This document shows positions 52,413 through 60,951 of a DNA stretch of 64,000 nt, piece by piece (within the stretch, counting starts at the first letter, position 1; each line of letters opens with the position of its first letter). The translations under genes were made by a program, and so were the position numbers. A model generated the notes under the pieces. It searched no databases. It was not told the origin of the DNA and was given only the letters and a program-made list of their open reading frames with translations. This stretch comes from a candidate division FCPU426 bacterium (lineage in GTDB: Bacteria > Oederibacteriota > Muellerivitia > Muellerivitales > Muellerivitaceae): positions 7,781 to 71,780 of the forward strand of contig CAWHOE010000047.1 of NCBI GenBank assembly GCA_963830915.1, written 5' to 3'.

Positions 52413-52687
52413 TCGACATCGATTGCAAAGAGGCCAGCAGGCTTTACTCCGAATCCATGCATCACCCTCTGCCCCTTTTAAAATTCATCGCCTTGAAAAT
52501 GCATTTGATGATCTGCGACCTTTGCCGAAAATACGTCAGGCAGTTGAAATTCCTTAGGCGTTCCACGCGGTTGTTGCTTTCAGCGGAGGCGGAAAATGGG
52601 GCGGATCATTCAAAGTTCAAACTCTCGGACAAGGCCAAGAGGCGCCTTAAACTGCGCCTTCGCCAAGCCTCGAACGCCCGCGCCTGA
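52409..52687 (+). CDS. zinc-finger (ZAS) anti-sigma factor, RsrA-like
   Basis: ATGA overlap with the sigma gene. Soluble, 92 aa. C6...H32-x3-C36-x2-C39 has the same spacing as the RsrA zinc/redox ligands. Confidence 0.65.
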   Translation: MIDIDCKEASRLYSESMHHPLPLLKFIALKMHLMICDLCRKYVRQLKFLRRSTRLLLSAEAENGADHSKFKLSDKAKRRLKLRLRQASNARA

Positions 52688-53381
52688 CCGGATCATCCAT
52701 AAGTTCCTTCTCCCTTTGGGTGCCTGTCTCCTGCTCCTGACCGCGTCCGCCTGCCAGGTAAAAGTCACCTACCCGAACGCCGCCGGGACCCTTTTCATCC
52801 GCCAGCAGATCTGCGACCTCCACGACTTCAAAACCGGCTTCTTCAAGCGCGAGAATGACCTCAAGGGCCATGGGTTCCTTACCTACAGTTTCTACCGCGA
52901 CCCCCAGGACCCCAAGACCTATATCCTGTCCTTTGAATGCTCGGACTTGAAAAAGGCGGCGGATCTCATCGGTTCGTCCAATTTTTATATTTCCTGCGTG
53001 GGCGCTGGCCTGGGCCTGCCGCTGGTCTGGGCCGGGGTGGATTTACCAGAGCCGCCCACCCAGGGCCTCACACCCAAGGCGGGCGGGATCGTGGTGGCCC
53101 GTTATAAAGTCAGGGATTACGGGGCCTGGAAAAGGGATTGGGACGCGGCGAACGGCGATGGCAAAACCCGCCTGGGGCGCGGTTTCGCGTTCCGCGCCAT
53201 CAGCCTGCGCCGGGCGGCTGACGATCCCAATACAGTTATCGTGGTTTACGGAGTTTCGGATGTCCCCCAAGCGCGGGCCAATTGGGAGTCTGACACTGAA
53301 AAAAACGCCATGGATGCCGCCAGCGTAATGAAGAAGGACCTCTGGTTTGGGACTGATTTAGAAGAAGGACTCATTCAATGA
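52596..53381 (+). CDS. putative lipoprotein, hypothetical (start uncertain)
   Basis: Hydrophobic LLPLGACLLLLTASAC then about 200 aa. The only canonical start overlaps the anti-sigma gene by 90 nt. Part of this gene (53091-53160) is duplicated at 57256. Confidence 0.4.
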   Translation: MGRIIQSSNSRTRPRGALNCAFAKPRTPAPDRIIHKFLLPLGACLLLLTASACQVKVTYPNAAGTLFIRQQICDLHDFKTGFFKRENDLKGHGFLTYSFYRDPQDPKTYILSFECSDLKKAADLIGSSNFYISCVGAGLGLPLVWAGVDLPEPPTQGLTPKAGGIVVARYKVRDYGAWKRDWDAANGDGKTRLGRGFAFRAISLRRAADDPNTVIVVYGVSDVPQARANWESDTEKNAMDAASVMKKDLWFGTDLEEGLIQ

Positions 53382-53425
53382 GGGTTAGACATCGGGCCTG
53401 ACCCATATACCTGGCCAGGCACCTT

Positions 53426-53956
53426 TTATACCCCTTTATTGCTTCCTATAAATTTAGCTATTACTTTTTTGTTGGCTTCTATAACTTTCTCAAAGGCTGG
53501 CATTTTCGAGTTAAATATAAAATCGTAGTTAGCATCTTTAGCCTTAAATTGATTCACACCATAAGCGATGCTATTAGCCGGTATATTTTTTGTGATTATC
53601 GCGCCTGCCGCCACGACAGAATTTTCACCAATTATTATCGGTCCAAATATTTTCGCTCCATCAGCGATGATCACGTTTTTACTGATGATCGGATTACCGA
53701 TATTTTCCCATTCATTGCTCACTTTGTTGAATTTCAGATTTGCCCCAATACTAACATTTTGAAAAATCACGACGTTTTCGCAAATTTTTGAGGCAACGAT
53801 CGTGCACCCTCGCGCGTGATGAGCGAACAATACACTTTCGTCTATTTCAGTGCAGTTAATTTCACAGCCATAAAATTTTTCCAGTAAGTTGGCAGCCGCT
53901 TGTTTTAGAATTTTATGTTTAGAGAAACAATTTATTTTTAATAATCTATCAAACAT
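53426..53956 (-). CDS. hexapeptide-repeat (LbH) acyl/acetyltransferase
   Basis: Left-handed beta-helix hexapeptide repeats (IGANLKF., IISKNVIIADGAKIFGPIIIGENSVVAAGAIITKNIP). Low-GC gene. Confidence 0.65.
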   Translation of the reverse strand: MFDRLLKINCFSKHKILKQAAANLLEKFYGCEINCTEIDESVLFAHHARGCTIVASKICENVVIFQNVSIGANLKFNKVSNEWENIGNPIISKNVIIADGAKIFGPIIIGENSVVAAGAIITKNIPANSIAYGVNQFKAKDANYDFIFNSKMPAFEKVIEANKKVIAKFIGSNKGV

Positions 53957-54116
53957 ATTTATAACAATCCTTTCTATGAAGCTCTTTTGGGTTTAGGTCA
54001 AATAAACACTTACTCAGCCCTTGCCGCCGAAATATCTCAAGTTTAAATGGGGTTTTCATAATCCGATGCGGGGCCCCGTCGTGAACAATTTTTTTCTCTT
54101 TTTTTATGACCTCAGC

Positions 54117-55241
54117 TTAATTCTTCAACAAATCCTTCAATAGGTTTATTTTTCTTAAAATAATATTGTTTGGTAATCGAACATGACGTGGTTTATTAAG
54201 ATTATTCGTGATTTTGTATTCTGTCATATCACTGTCCGCCATTTCGTAATACTTTAGTGCGGTTTTGAAATCATTCTTCAGGTAATAATAATCACCAAGA
54301 TAGGAATGAAACCGATACTTAGCCGAACGATCTTCAGGGAGCCATTTCCTTAATTCTTCCAGTCCCGCCGACTCATTACCCGTTTCTAAATAAGCGTAGC
54401 TTCTAAAAAGGCCCGTCAAATAAATTAACCCAGAAACATCATCAGGATTTTTAGCGATTTTTTTGTTTAAGCTCCAAATCCGGTCATAAAGCTTGATTCC
54501 CTCTTGTACCCTGCCGGCATAGATGAAAGGCATGAGCCCTTTGGAACAAATTTGAATTGTAATCTCCGGGTTACCTTTCTTTCTGTTTATAAACTTCAAT
54601 GTATTCTCTATGGAGTCCTGATAAATTTCTGGATATTTGTAATTACTGGGAACCATCAAGCCCTTTTGATAAGTGTAAATATCCGGGCCTTCATCTCCAT
54701 AACTTCCTACGGGGACCAATAGAGCATTCACGCCATCCTTCATGGTTTTCACTTGGGCGGATTGAATATTGACGCTTTCGATTTCCTGGAATGTTTTCCC
54801 ATCCCAACGGTAAACATACGTATTGGCCCCAGTCGCCCCATAGACGCAATTTAATATAAGAAATGATTGTTTCGGGTTTTCTGGGTCCAGCGGCGAGGCC
54901 TCAATTCTAATCTTGTAAATATCTGGATAACGAAAACATCCGATTGTTTCGGGTTTACTCGTAGATTTCATCCGTTTAAGGGTAAGGCTCGTATATTCGG
55001 CGCCTTGCTGAGTCCAATGAGTGACGGTTTCCGTTTTTATATTTACTAAATTTCCATCCCCCAGAAGATCCAAATCAATTGAATTGTTAATTACTTGTAG
55101 CTTTTCTTTATCATTTTCTTGGATAGTTGGACTTTGGGATGGGAAACTGGACGATGGTTTTGGGTCTGTTGAATCGGCGGAAACAATACCAACAATAAGG
55201 CAAATGACCAATGCCCAAATATATTTTTGGAAAAATATCAT
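54117..55241 (-). CDS. hypothetical secreted protein (low GC)
   Basis: Signal peptide MIFFQKYIWALVICLIVGIVSA and TPR-like helices at the C-terminus. Confidence 0.4.
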   Translation of the reverse strand: MIFFQKYIWALVICLIVGIVSADSTDPKPSSSFPSQSPTIQENDKEKLQVINNSIDLDLLGDGNLVNIKTETVTHWTQQGAEYTSLTLKRMKSTSKPETIGCFRYPDIYKIRIEASPLDPENPKQSFLILNCVYGATGANTYVYRWDGKTFQEIESVNIQSAQVKTMKDGVNALLVPVGSYGDEGPDIYTYQKGLMVPSNYKYPEIYQDSIENTLKFINRKKGNPEITIQICSKGLMPFIYAGRVQEGIKLYDRIWSLNKKIAKNPDDVSGLIYLTGLFRSYAYLETGNESAGLEELRKWLPEDRSAKYRFHSYLGDYYYLKNDFKTALKYYEMADSDMTEYKITNNLNKPRHVRLPNNIILRKINLLKDLLKN

Positions 55242-55274
55242 TCTAGTAACTTTCCATTCAATACCGTTTCCATT

Positions 55275-55428
55275 GTCCACGATGGGTCCCTGTCGTGGAC
55301 ATCTAAAACCTCAGATTAAAGCCCCAACTTTTTTAGAAGTTGGGCCGTGGTGTACCACTCAATGCCGGTTCCTTCAAAATCCCCGTCATTTGATCAAATG
55401 GGCATTTCCAACTCCAGAGCCAAAGCCA
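55275..55428. repeat. copy A of ~153-bp direct repeat (hairpin GTCCACGAtgggtccctgTCGTGGAC + 3' fragment of a PIN gene)
   Basis: About 94% identical to 56221-56373. It encodes a remnant ...IPIWSNDGDFEGTGIEWYTTAQLLKKLGL-like tail without the rest of the gene. Confidence 0.7.
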
Positions 55429-55467
55429 TAGGAAAAAGTCCGTCTCTCGGACTTTTTCAACATCCTG

Positions 55468-55884
55468 TTAAAAGGGATTTTTAACCGTGAGGTCACCGAA
55501 CTTCCTTCCGGCCTGAAAGTCCTCCGTCAACAATAGCCGGGCTCCACTCCTTTGGGCTGAAACGACAATCAGGGCGTCCCAAAAGGAGATCTTGGCCCGT
55601 TCCTCCAGTTGTGCCGCCTCAGCCACCATTCCCCCATGAATGCTCACCGTATCCCAGGAAAGATATTGGGAAATCAATTCCAAGCCCCGCTTTTTGGTCA
55701 GGGGCTTCGGGATTTTGCGGGTCACATTGACATAAAATTCCTCCAACACCTGGGCGCTCAAGACCCCACCATTGTTCTCCCATAGTTCAACCACCGCTTT
55801 ACGGGCCTTTTGGTGCTTCTCCCCCGCATCCCGGTCATAAGCGTAGAGCAGGATGTTCGTGTCCACAAATGTCTTAACGCTCAT
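55468..55884 (-). CDS. vapC: PIN-domain toxin VapC
   Basis: FVDTNILLYAYD...acidic residues...WDALIV. Confidence 0.85.
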   Translation of the reverse strand: MSVKTFVDTNILLYAYDRDAGEKHQKARKAVVELWENNGGVLSAQVLEEFYVNVTRKIPKPLTKKRGLELISQYLSWDTVSIHGGMVAEAAQLEERAKISFWDALIVVSAQRSGARLLLTEDFQAGRKFGDLTVKNPF

Positions 55885-56104
55885 GAAGGCTTTCCCGAGA
55901 GCTGCGCTTACCGCCGAAAGCTAGCCCTTTTTCCATCGCCTCAAGCGCTTTCACCTTGGATTCCTGGTAAAACTGTTCCTCCGCTGCCATCTTTTGGATA
56001 TAAGCCGCCAATAAACCCGTTATGGAGGTTTCATGATGGGCGGCTAGTATCTTTGCCTTCTTGATGAGGTCTTTGTCCAGGCTCAAGGTTAAGTTTTGTT
56101 TCAC
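55874..56104 (-). CDS. vapB: VapB-type antitoxin
   Basis: 76 aa, overlaps the vapC start by 11 nt; small alpha-helical DNA-binding type. Confidence 0.6.
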   Translation of the reverse strand: MKQNLTLSLDKDLIKKAKILAAHHETSITGLLAAYIQKMAAEEQFYQESKVKALEAMEKGLAFGGKRSSRESLHER

Positions 56105-56220
56105 GGGAGACTCCTTTGCACGTAATTATGTGTATCACGTGAAAGAACTTTTATCAAGTTCAAACAGACGGGTTTATCCGCTTTCCCAGGAAGTCTGTGG
56201 ATGTTTAAGAAAATCTGCCT

Positions 56221-56373
56221 GTCCACGATGGGTCCCTGTCGTGGACATCAAAACCTCAGATTAAAGCCCCAACTTTTTAAGAAGTTGGGCCGTGGTGTAC
56301 CACTCAATGCCGGTTCCTTCAAAATCCCCGTCGTTTGACCAAATGGGTATTTCCAGCTCCAGAGCCAAAGCCA
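56221..56373. repeat. copy B of ~153-bp direct repeat (overlaps 3' end of PIN gene 56261..56692)
   Basis: See copy A. Confidence 0.7.
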
Positions 56374-56692
56374 GCAGATCGACATCATCCGGGTCTCTTT
56401 TACCGATTTTTTTCCGAGCCATTGCGAGCGAGCCCTGATAATCCTTCAAGCCGTACTCCTTGATGGCTAATAATTGAAATTGGCTTTCCAAGAGTTCCGC
56501 GGCTATACCATATTTCTCTGCCATGATCGGCAAGTATTCCCGAACTTCGTGGATATTCAAGGTTGTGGATACGACTTCAAGGTGGGATTGGGTGAAAACT
56601 TTGAGGGCAGCCCTGCCGGTTACAGCGGAAAGGAGGACGTTAGCGTCCGCGGCGATCCGACCGGCGGCTTTTTCTCCATGTTTCAAAGTCAT
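56261..56692 (-). CDS. PIN-domain toxin
   Basis: IAADANVLLSA...DPDDVDLLALALELEIPIWSNDGDF. The start was chosen at MTLKHG. Confidence 0.65.
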   Translation of the reverse strand: MTLKHGEKAAGRIAADANVLLSAVTGRAALKVFTQSHLEVVSTTLNIHEVREYLPIMAEKYGIAAELLESQFQLLAIKEYGLKDYQGSLAMARKKIGKRDPDDVDLLALALELEIPIWSNDGDFEGTGIEWYTTAQLLKKLGL

Positions 56693-56918
56693 GTGTGACC
56701 GTCCGCTCAGTGACGCCTGATTTTTTAAGATGATCCGAAATGGCAAGGCCCAAGTTCATTAAAAGCTCTTTCCGCAATTCCAAAGGTAGTTCCTGTGATT
56801 TGGACATTGGAACCAAAAGGCTGGCAACCTTCCCGTGTTTGGTCACAAACACGAGATCATCGCCGCTCAGAAACTCCGGCGCGTGATCCCTAAATTCCCT
56901 TACCCCCGCGACTCGCAT
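56640..56918 (-). CDS. Phd/YefM-family antitoxin
   Basis: VREFRDHAPEFL..DDLVFVTKHGKVASLLVPM. Confidence 0.7.
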   Translation of the reverse strand: MRVAGVREFRDHAPEFLSGDDLVFVTKHGKVASLLVPMSKSQELPLELRKELLMNLGLAISDHLKKSGVTERTVTHDFETWRKSRRSDRRGR

Positions 56919-57025
56919 AAAACCACCTTCCCGCGACCGTTGATACTTTCTACCCCTTCAATATAGGATTTCATAAAATTATGTCAACAATTATGTACAC
57001 AATATACATTTTCCTTTGTCCACGA

Positions 57026-57106
57026 CGGCGGTGCCCTAAAGTAGACCCTATAGCAGAACCTATCGGCACGCTATAGGGTCTGCTACTGGGATCCCATCGT
57101 GGACAA
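57026..57106. repeat. nested-palindrome element (outer TTGTCCACGA/TCGTGGACAA, inner GTAGACCCTATAGC/GCTATAGGGTCTGC)
   Basis: Read directly. The outer arms are the same GTCCACGA arms as the hairpin in repeat copies A and B. Confidence 0.65.
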
Positions 57107-57138
57107 ACCATTACGATAATTTATGGTTTTCGCCAGAT

Positions 57139-57178
57139 CCCCCGATTACTCAGTCATTGAGTATTTTTACTCAGTCAC
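57139..57178. promoter_or_regulatory. two adjacent operator-like palindromes TACTCAGTCA(T/C)TGAGTA
   Basis: ATTACTCAGTCATTGAGTAT and the perfect TACTCAGTCACTGAGTA, upstream of the gene fragment at 57256. Confidence 0.45.
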
Positions 57179-57255
57179 TGAGTAATCCGTAATAACCTTT
57201 TTCCGCTCCAAAAAGCCCATTTCCGAAGGTTCATTCAAATATCTCATCGATCAAG

Positions 57256-57372
57256 GGATCATGGTGGCGCGTTACAAAGTCAGGGATTACGGGGCCTGGA
57301 AAAGGGATTGGGACGCGGCAAACGGAAAAGAAAAAGCAAAACACAGAAGCAATTCCAACAAAGATCTTAAAC
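57256..57372 (+). pseudogene. 38-codon fragment duplicating an internal segment of the lipoprotein gene 52596..53381
   Basis: MVARYKVRDYGAWKRDWDAANG... is near-identical at nucleotide level to 53091-53160 (IVVARYKVRDYGAWKRDWDAANGDG). Confidence 0.6.
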
Positions 57373-57438
57373 CTGAATGATAGTTTTCAAGACTTGTTGG
57401 AGAGTTTTCTGGTCGCCGACATGAAGGCAGCCCATTTT

Positions 57439-57717
57439 CTAGATAACCAAACTTTTCTCAATAGTGGCCAAAATTGGTTTGAAAACAGAAGGTTTCAAAA
57501 GACCCGTCCCCTTCCAGTTGGAAAGGCTCGTTCCCCCGAAGGCGTGGGTGGTACTTGGTTGACTGGTGAGGGCCAGGATGATCAGGTCCGGACGGGAACG
57601 ATTATAGGGGTTAGAACTGACAACAACCGCGGGGCGTTTCTTCACGGCGGTTTGGTTGGAGAATGGAAAAGGGACTAAAACCACATCCCCGAAGTCAAAG
57701 CTTGTCGTAGATGGCAT
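57439..57717 (-). CDS. MazF/PemK-family toxin
   Basis: GDVVLVPFPFSNQTAVKKRPAVVVS...IILALTSQ. Confidence 0.8.
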   Translation of the reverse strand: MPSTTSFDFGDVVLVPFPFSNQTAVKKRPAVVVSSNPYNRSRPDLIILALTSQPSTTHAFGGTSLSNWKGTGLLKPSVFKPILATIEKSLVI

Positions 57718-57907
57718 CTTCGGGGTTATCCCAGACCTTGGCGAATGACTTTTCAGAGAGTTTGGAAGCCGCCCTGGTCAATGGTCTGTCTGTTCCCTTC
57801 TGGCCCAAAAATTCAACGAAATCCTCTACTTCGTTTATTTTCTCGGCCGGCAGGGCTTCGATTTTCTTGATGAGTGTTAAGACGTTTTTCCTGTTCATGA
57901 AAACCAT
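57695..57907 (-). CDS. antitoxin partner of MazF-like toxin
   Basis: 70 aa, overlaps the toxin start. Confidence 0.5.
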   Translation of the reverse strand: MVFMNRKNVLTLIKKIEALPAEKINEVEDFVEFLGQKGTDRPLTRAASKLSEKSFAKVWDNPEDAIYDKL

Positions 57908-58010
57908 TATACCTTTCCTTTAGATTTTATAAAGTCGCAAAACCTAATAGTCAATTATCCATAAGAAACCAAAAGGTTATATGAATGAACCCAGGGTCAG
58001 TTAACCCGGG

Positions 58011-58150
58011 GTCAGGCCTGAAAATGAAGTGCAACCTGTTTGGTGCCTTGTGCCAATCAACCATTAATGTTGGCTGTGTCTCTGTGCCTCTGTGGTGAAA
58101 TGGAAAATTAATGAGCTACCAACCAAAATTTCATTTTACAGGCCCGACCC
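58011..58150. repeat. MITE-like palindromic element (terminal IR TCAGGCCTGAAAATGAA / TTCATTTTACAGGCCCGA)
   Basis: A shortened copy lies at 63948..>64000. A right-end-only copy lies at 60166-60194. Confidence 0.55.
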
Positions 58151-58165
58151 CCACACACTCATGAC

Positions 58166-58296
58166 GGTCGGCAGCTAACAGTCGACAAGTGACAGCTCAC
58201 AGCTGACAGCTGACGGTCGGCAGCTCACTAACGGCAGCTGGCAGTCGACAGCTAACAGGCGACAGGCCCCAGTTAACAGTCGACAGCTCACAGCTA
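58166..58296. repeat. imperfect microsatellite block (GACAGCTGACAG / CAGTCGACAG units)
   Basis: Inverted counterpart at 61960-62030 (CTGTCGACTGTCAGCTGT...). Confidence 0.65.
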
Positions 58297-58466
58297 GTAA
58301 TAAGGCGTACACCCCCTACCCTTCCTAGTTTCGGGTTGGAGGTCGTGGGAAGGGCCTAGAGGACTCAAAGTTGTCATGGACATTAGTATTTTCTCAGAAT
58401 CTGAACACTTTGCCCCGAGTCGGGGCAAGAAATCCCTCAGCACAGGTGCCCAGCGGCTGGGCAAAA

Positions 58467-58705
58467 TGCCAGTGGGAGTCAGGCCAAATGCTAACGGCCA
58501 AACCCTTAATACCAGTGGGCGTGCCAGTAGAGATGCCATTGGACGGCTCAAAATGCCAGTGGGAATGCCAGTGGACAACCCCAAATGCCAGTGGGGGTCA
58601 GACAAAATTCCAATGGCCAAACCCTAAATGCCAGTGGGCATGCCAGTGGAGATGCCATTGGACGGCTCAAAATGCCAGTGGGAATGCCAGTGGACGTGCC
58701 AGTGG
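58467..58705. repeat. direct-repeat array, family 1: ~11 x (A)TGCCAGTGG, with a ~95-bp higher-order duplication
   Basis: Counted directly. Spacing is irregular, 3-20 bp. Confidence 0.7.
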
Positions 58706-58916
58706 TGGCACGATGGCACGATAGGTTTCTGGTGGCACAATGTCATCGATGACCATGGTTTGTCCCCAGAAATTCTAGGGTTGTCCCCAGTTTTTCGATG
58801 TTTTGTCCCCAGAAATCCGGTTTTGTCCCCGGTTTTCCCTATTGTGCCACTGGCACAATAGCGTGGCACGATAGGCGTCCGGTGGCACGATGCCGGTGAT
58901 GGCACGATGGCACGAT
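58704..58916. repeat. family 2: ~7 x TGGCACGAT (opposite half-site orientation), 4 x TTGTCCCC(A/G)G at ~22-bp spacing, 23-bp perfect palindrome CTATTGTGCCACTGGCACAATAG
   Basis: Counted directly. The palindrome is at about 58846-58868. Confidence 0.7.
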
Positions 58917-58995
58917 CCCCCTTCGCCTTTCGTCGCTATCGCTAGGCTACGAAGGGCAGGCCGCTAGGCTTCGGGAACATGTAAGCATCGGATTT

Positions 58996-59220
58996 GTTTA
59001 CTGGAAAACTCCGGGTTTACTGGATTTAGCCGGTTTGTTCACTGGAAACGGGTCCTGTTTACTGGATTTGCTCGAAGAGTTTACTGGAAATCCGCTACTG
59101 TTTACTGGGAACACCGGGTGTGTTTACTGGAAAACACCGGAGTTTACTGGATTTGCTCGGAGAGTTTACTGGAAACGGGTCCTGTTTACTGGATTTGTGG
59201 GGGAGTTTACGGAGTTTCCG
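58996..59220. repeat. iteron-like array: ~11 x GTTTACTGGA(A/T) at 19-22-bp period
   Basis: Unit types alternate, tttactggaaa... and tttactggattt... A ~60-bp higher-order repeat is present. Confidence 0.75.
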
Positions 59221-59235
59221 ACAATCCCCCCTTTT

Positions 59236-59480
59236 GACTTGCCAATTTCGTTACTCGGAGTAACAAAGTAATCGGCCACTTGCCAATTAATGTCATCGGT
59301 GACCGGCGCATTTACCGGCACTTGCCAATTTTTATTACCCGGTAATATTTTGGGTATGGGTGGGGGGGTTAGGCATCAGAAATTACCACGCCGTGATAAT
59401 TCAGACCCCTTAATTTATAACGGCGTTATAAACCAGGGGCTTGGGGGAGGGGGGGTACCCCCCTGGTTTTATCACACTGT
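59236..59480. promoter_or_regulatory. 3 x ACTTGCCAATT each followed by a short palindrome, then further palindromes (TTATAACGGCGTTATAA, GGGGGGTACCCCCC)
   Basis: Read directly. The palindromes are TTACTCgGAGTAA, CGGTgACCG and TTACCcGGTAA. Confidence 0.55.
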
Positions 59481-59641
59481 AATAAATCTGGGGCCGGGCT
59501 GAGGGGAGGCTTGGTAAAAGGCTTATTTTGGACCCTTCGACGCGGCTCAGGGCAAGAGTCTTACGTATGGCTGAGGTTGTCATGCCGACCTTCCCATAAA
59601 TCCATTAAAGAGGTCGGCACTGTGGTGAAAGTTGGTTTATT

Positions 59642-60108
59642 TCACTTAACTTCTTTCAGGTTAGGGTCTTGGGTACCGTATTGGGAACCGCTCAGGTCCA
59701 CATCCTCCGAGGGGTCTTGTTTGTAGAGCCTGTAACAGGTGGCGCGGCCGGTATAAACAAAGAACCCGAACTCGGTCTTGACCGTGTTCACCTCATCGAA
59801 AATGACCGCGTTGGCCCCGTATTCCGCCGCCTTCGCCTGGAACTCACTGATCAGTTTCTTGTCCGACCATTCGCATCTCTGGGGCGGCAGGAGCGTGCAG
59901 ACTTGGACCCATTGGAGGTCCGGGGGGAAGGCTTCCTTCGAGAGGAAGAAATAGACCTCGCTGGTTTCAAGGGGGGATAGCTGGCTTCCCCATTGAGCTT
60001 TTGGGCCACCGCCGGCCAGTCATAGAGGGTCACGGCGCAACCGGCCAAACCCAGCGTCAGGCCGGCACAACAAATGAGCCCGAATAGGTTTCCAGAACGA
60101 GACGCCAT
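59642..60108 (-). CDS. lipoprotein, hypothetical; apparent frameshift in G6 run at 59970-59975
   Basis: N-terminal MASRSGNLFGLICCAGLTLGLAGCAV (lipobox). After the G-run the other frame continues ...EVYFFLSKEAF...AAEYGANAVIFDEVNTVK...* for about 100 aa. The track shows only the 85-aa N-terminal ORF 59851..60108. Confidence 0.5.
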
Positions 60109-60198
60109 TTTTATTCCGCTTTCTTTTTTCGGGTGATCGACCGGACCATCGCGATCACTTCATTCGATCAAAATTTCATTTTTCAGGCCCGGCCCCGA

Positions 60199-60510
60199 TC
60201 ATTCGGAATTCTTACGGGCGCGGTCCAGGGAAAGGGCTGGGTCGGCCATGTCCTTAAGCCGTTCATTTCCCACTTTTGCCAACCAAAGCTTCAATGGCTC
60301 GGCTTTGGGGCTGGGGACAGATTGAACCAGTCGTAAAAGTGTCTCGGAATCCGCGACATCTGTCAGATATTCCTTGCCGTCTGGGGCAATCAATTTCAGG
60401 GCGTTACAGTTTGTAACGACCTGGCCTTCCACTAATTCAGTTGGTGACAATTTGTCACCGACTAACTCTGAACCATCGACAAACTGTCGACGGTTCAATT
60501 CTTTAACCAT
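60199..60510 (-). CDS. phage-related regulatory protein fragment (antirepressor/Bro-like C-terminal region)
   Basis: SPKAEPLKLWLAKVGNERLKDMADP resembles the conserved PEA+.FK.W motif region of phage antirepressor-type proteins. An earlier DinD guess was rejected. Confidence 0.3.
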   Translation of the reverse strand: MVKELNRRQFVDGSELVGDKLSPTELVEGQVVTNCNALKLIAPDGKEYLTDVADSETLLRLVQSVPSPKAEPLKLWLAKVGNERLKDMADPALSLDRARKNSE

Positions 60511-60567
60511 TTTCGTGACGCTAAGGAATTGTCTGGTTTAGATCTAAACAACACCCAACTCCATTAC

Positions 60568-60597
60568 GACCCTATTGCTGACGTCAGCAATAGGGTC
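60568..60597. promoter_or_regulatory. perfect 30-bp palindrome GACCCTATTGCTGAC|GTCAGCAATAGGGTC, ~65 nt upstream of the 60199..60510 gene
   Basis: Read directly. It shares the CCCTATTGC/GCAATAGGG arms with 61928-61949. Confidence 0.7.
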
Positions 60598-60951
60598 CTT
60601 CTATTTCATCAATTTACCCGACCAGAGTTCTTCCAAAAATACGGCCCAGGGCAAAATCCTGATACTCCCCACTTGCCGGGGTTTCGGGGAAAGGTTATTC
60701 CATCTTCACGACTTCAGATATCTCGTTCATGACCGCGTTTTCGATTTCTTCCTTGATCGCTTCCGCGCTAGGTGTGTCGGTATGTTTATGTGCCCGATTC
60801 CATCCATATGCGACCCCATCCTCTACCTGCCCCGAGCCCTCAAGGCGAGGGGCTTGTTTGGTTATGCCGATTTCATTTGGAAATCGGCGACCGCACGGGC
60901 AAGGACCTTATAAACATTGACCTTAATTTTCACTTTTGGCATGTTTCACCT

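Noticed and set aside
55021-55431. Plus-strand ORF 55021..55431 as a gene
   Set aside because: It overlaps the minus-strand secreted-protein gene and the 153-bp repeat. Its tail is the antisense of the PIN-gene fragment.
58430-59340. Possible CRISPR array
   Set aside because: The repeat units are only 9-21 bp with irregular 2-12-bp spacers and several different repeat families. There is no uniform repeat/spacer periodicity and no cas genes.
58371-59502. Track ORFs inside the iteron region (58371..58724, 58376..58627, 58624..58905, 59035..59271, 59290..59502)
   Set aside because: The translations are dominated by the DNA repeat units (e.g. CQWECQWT, FTGN repeats). They have no start context and are more parsimoniously non-coding.
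60199-60510. DinD (DNA-damage-inducible protein D) assignment
   Set aside because: The recalled E. coli DinD sequence does not contain the KLWLAKVG motif. This was kept only as a generic phage antirepressor/Bro-like fragment with low confidence.
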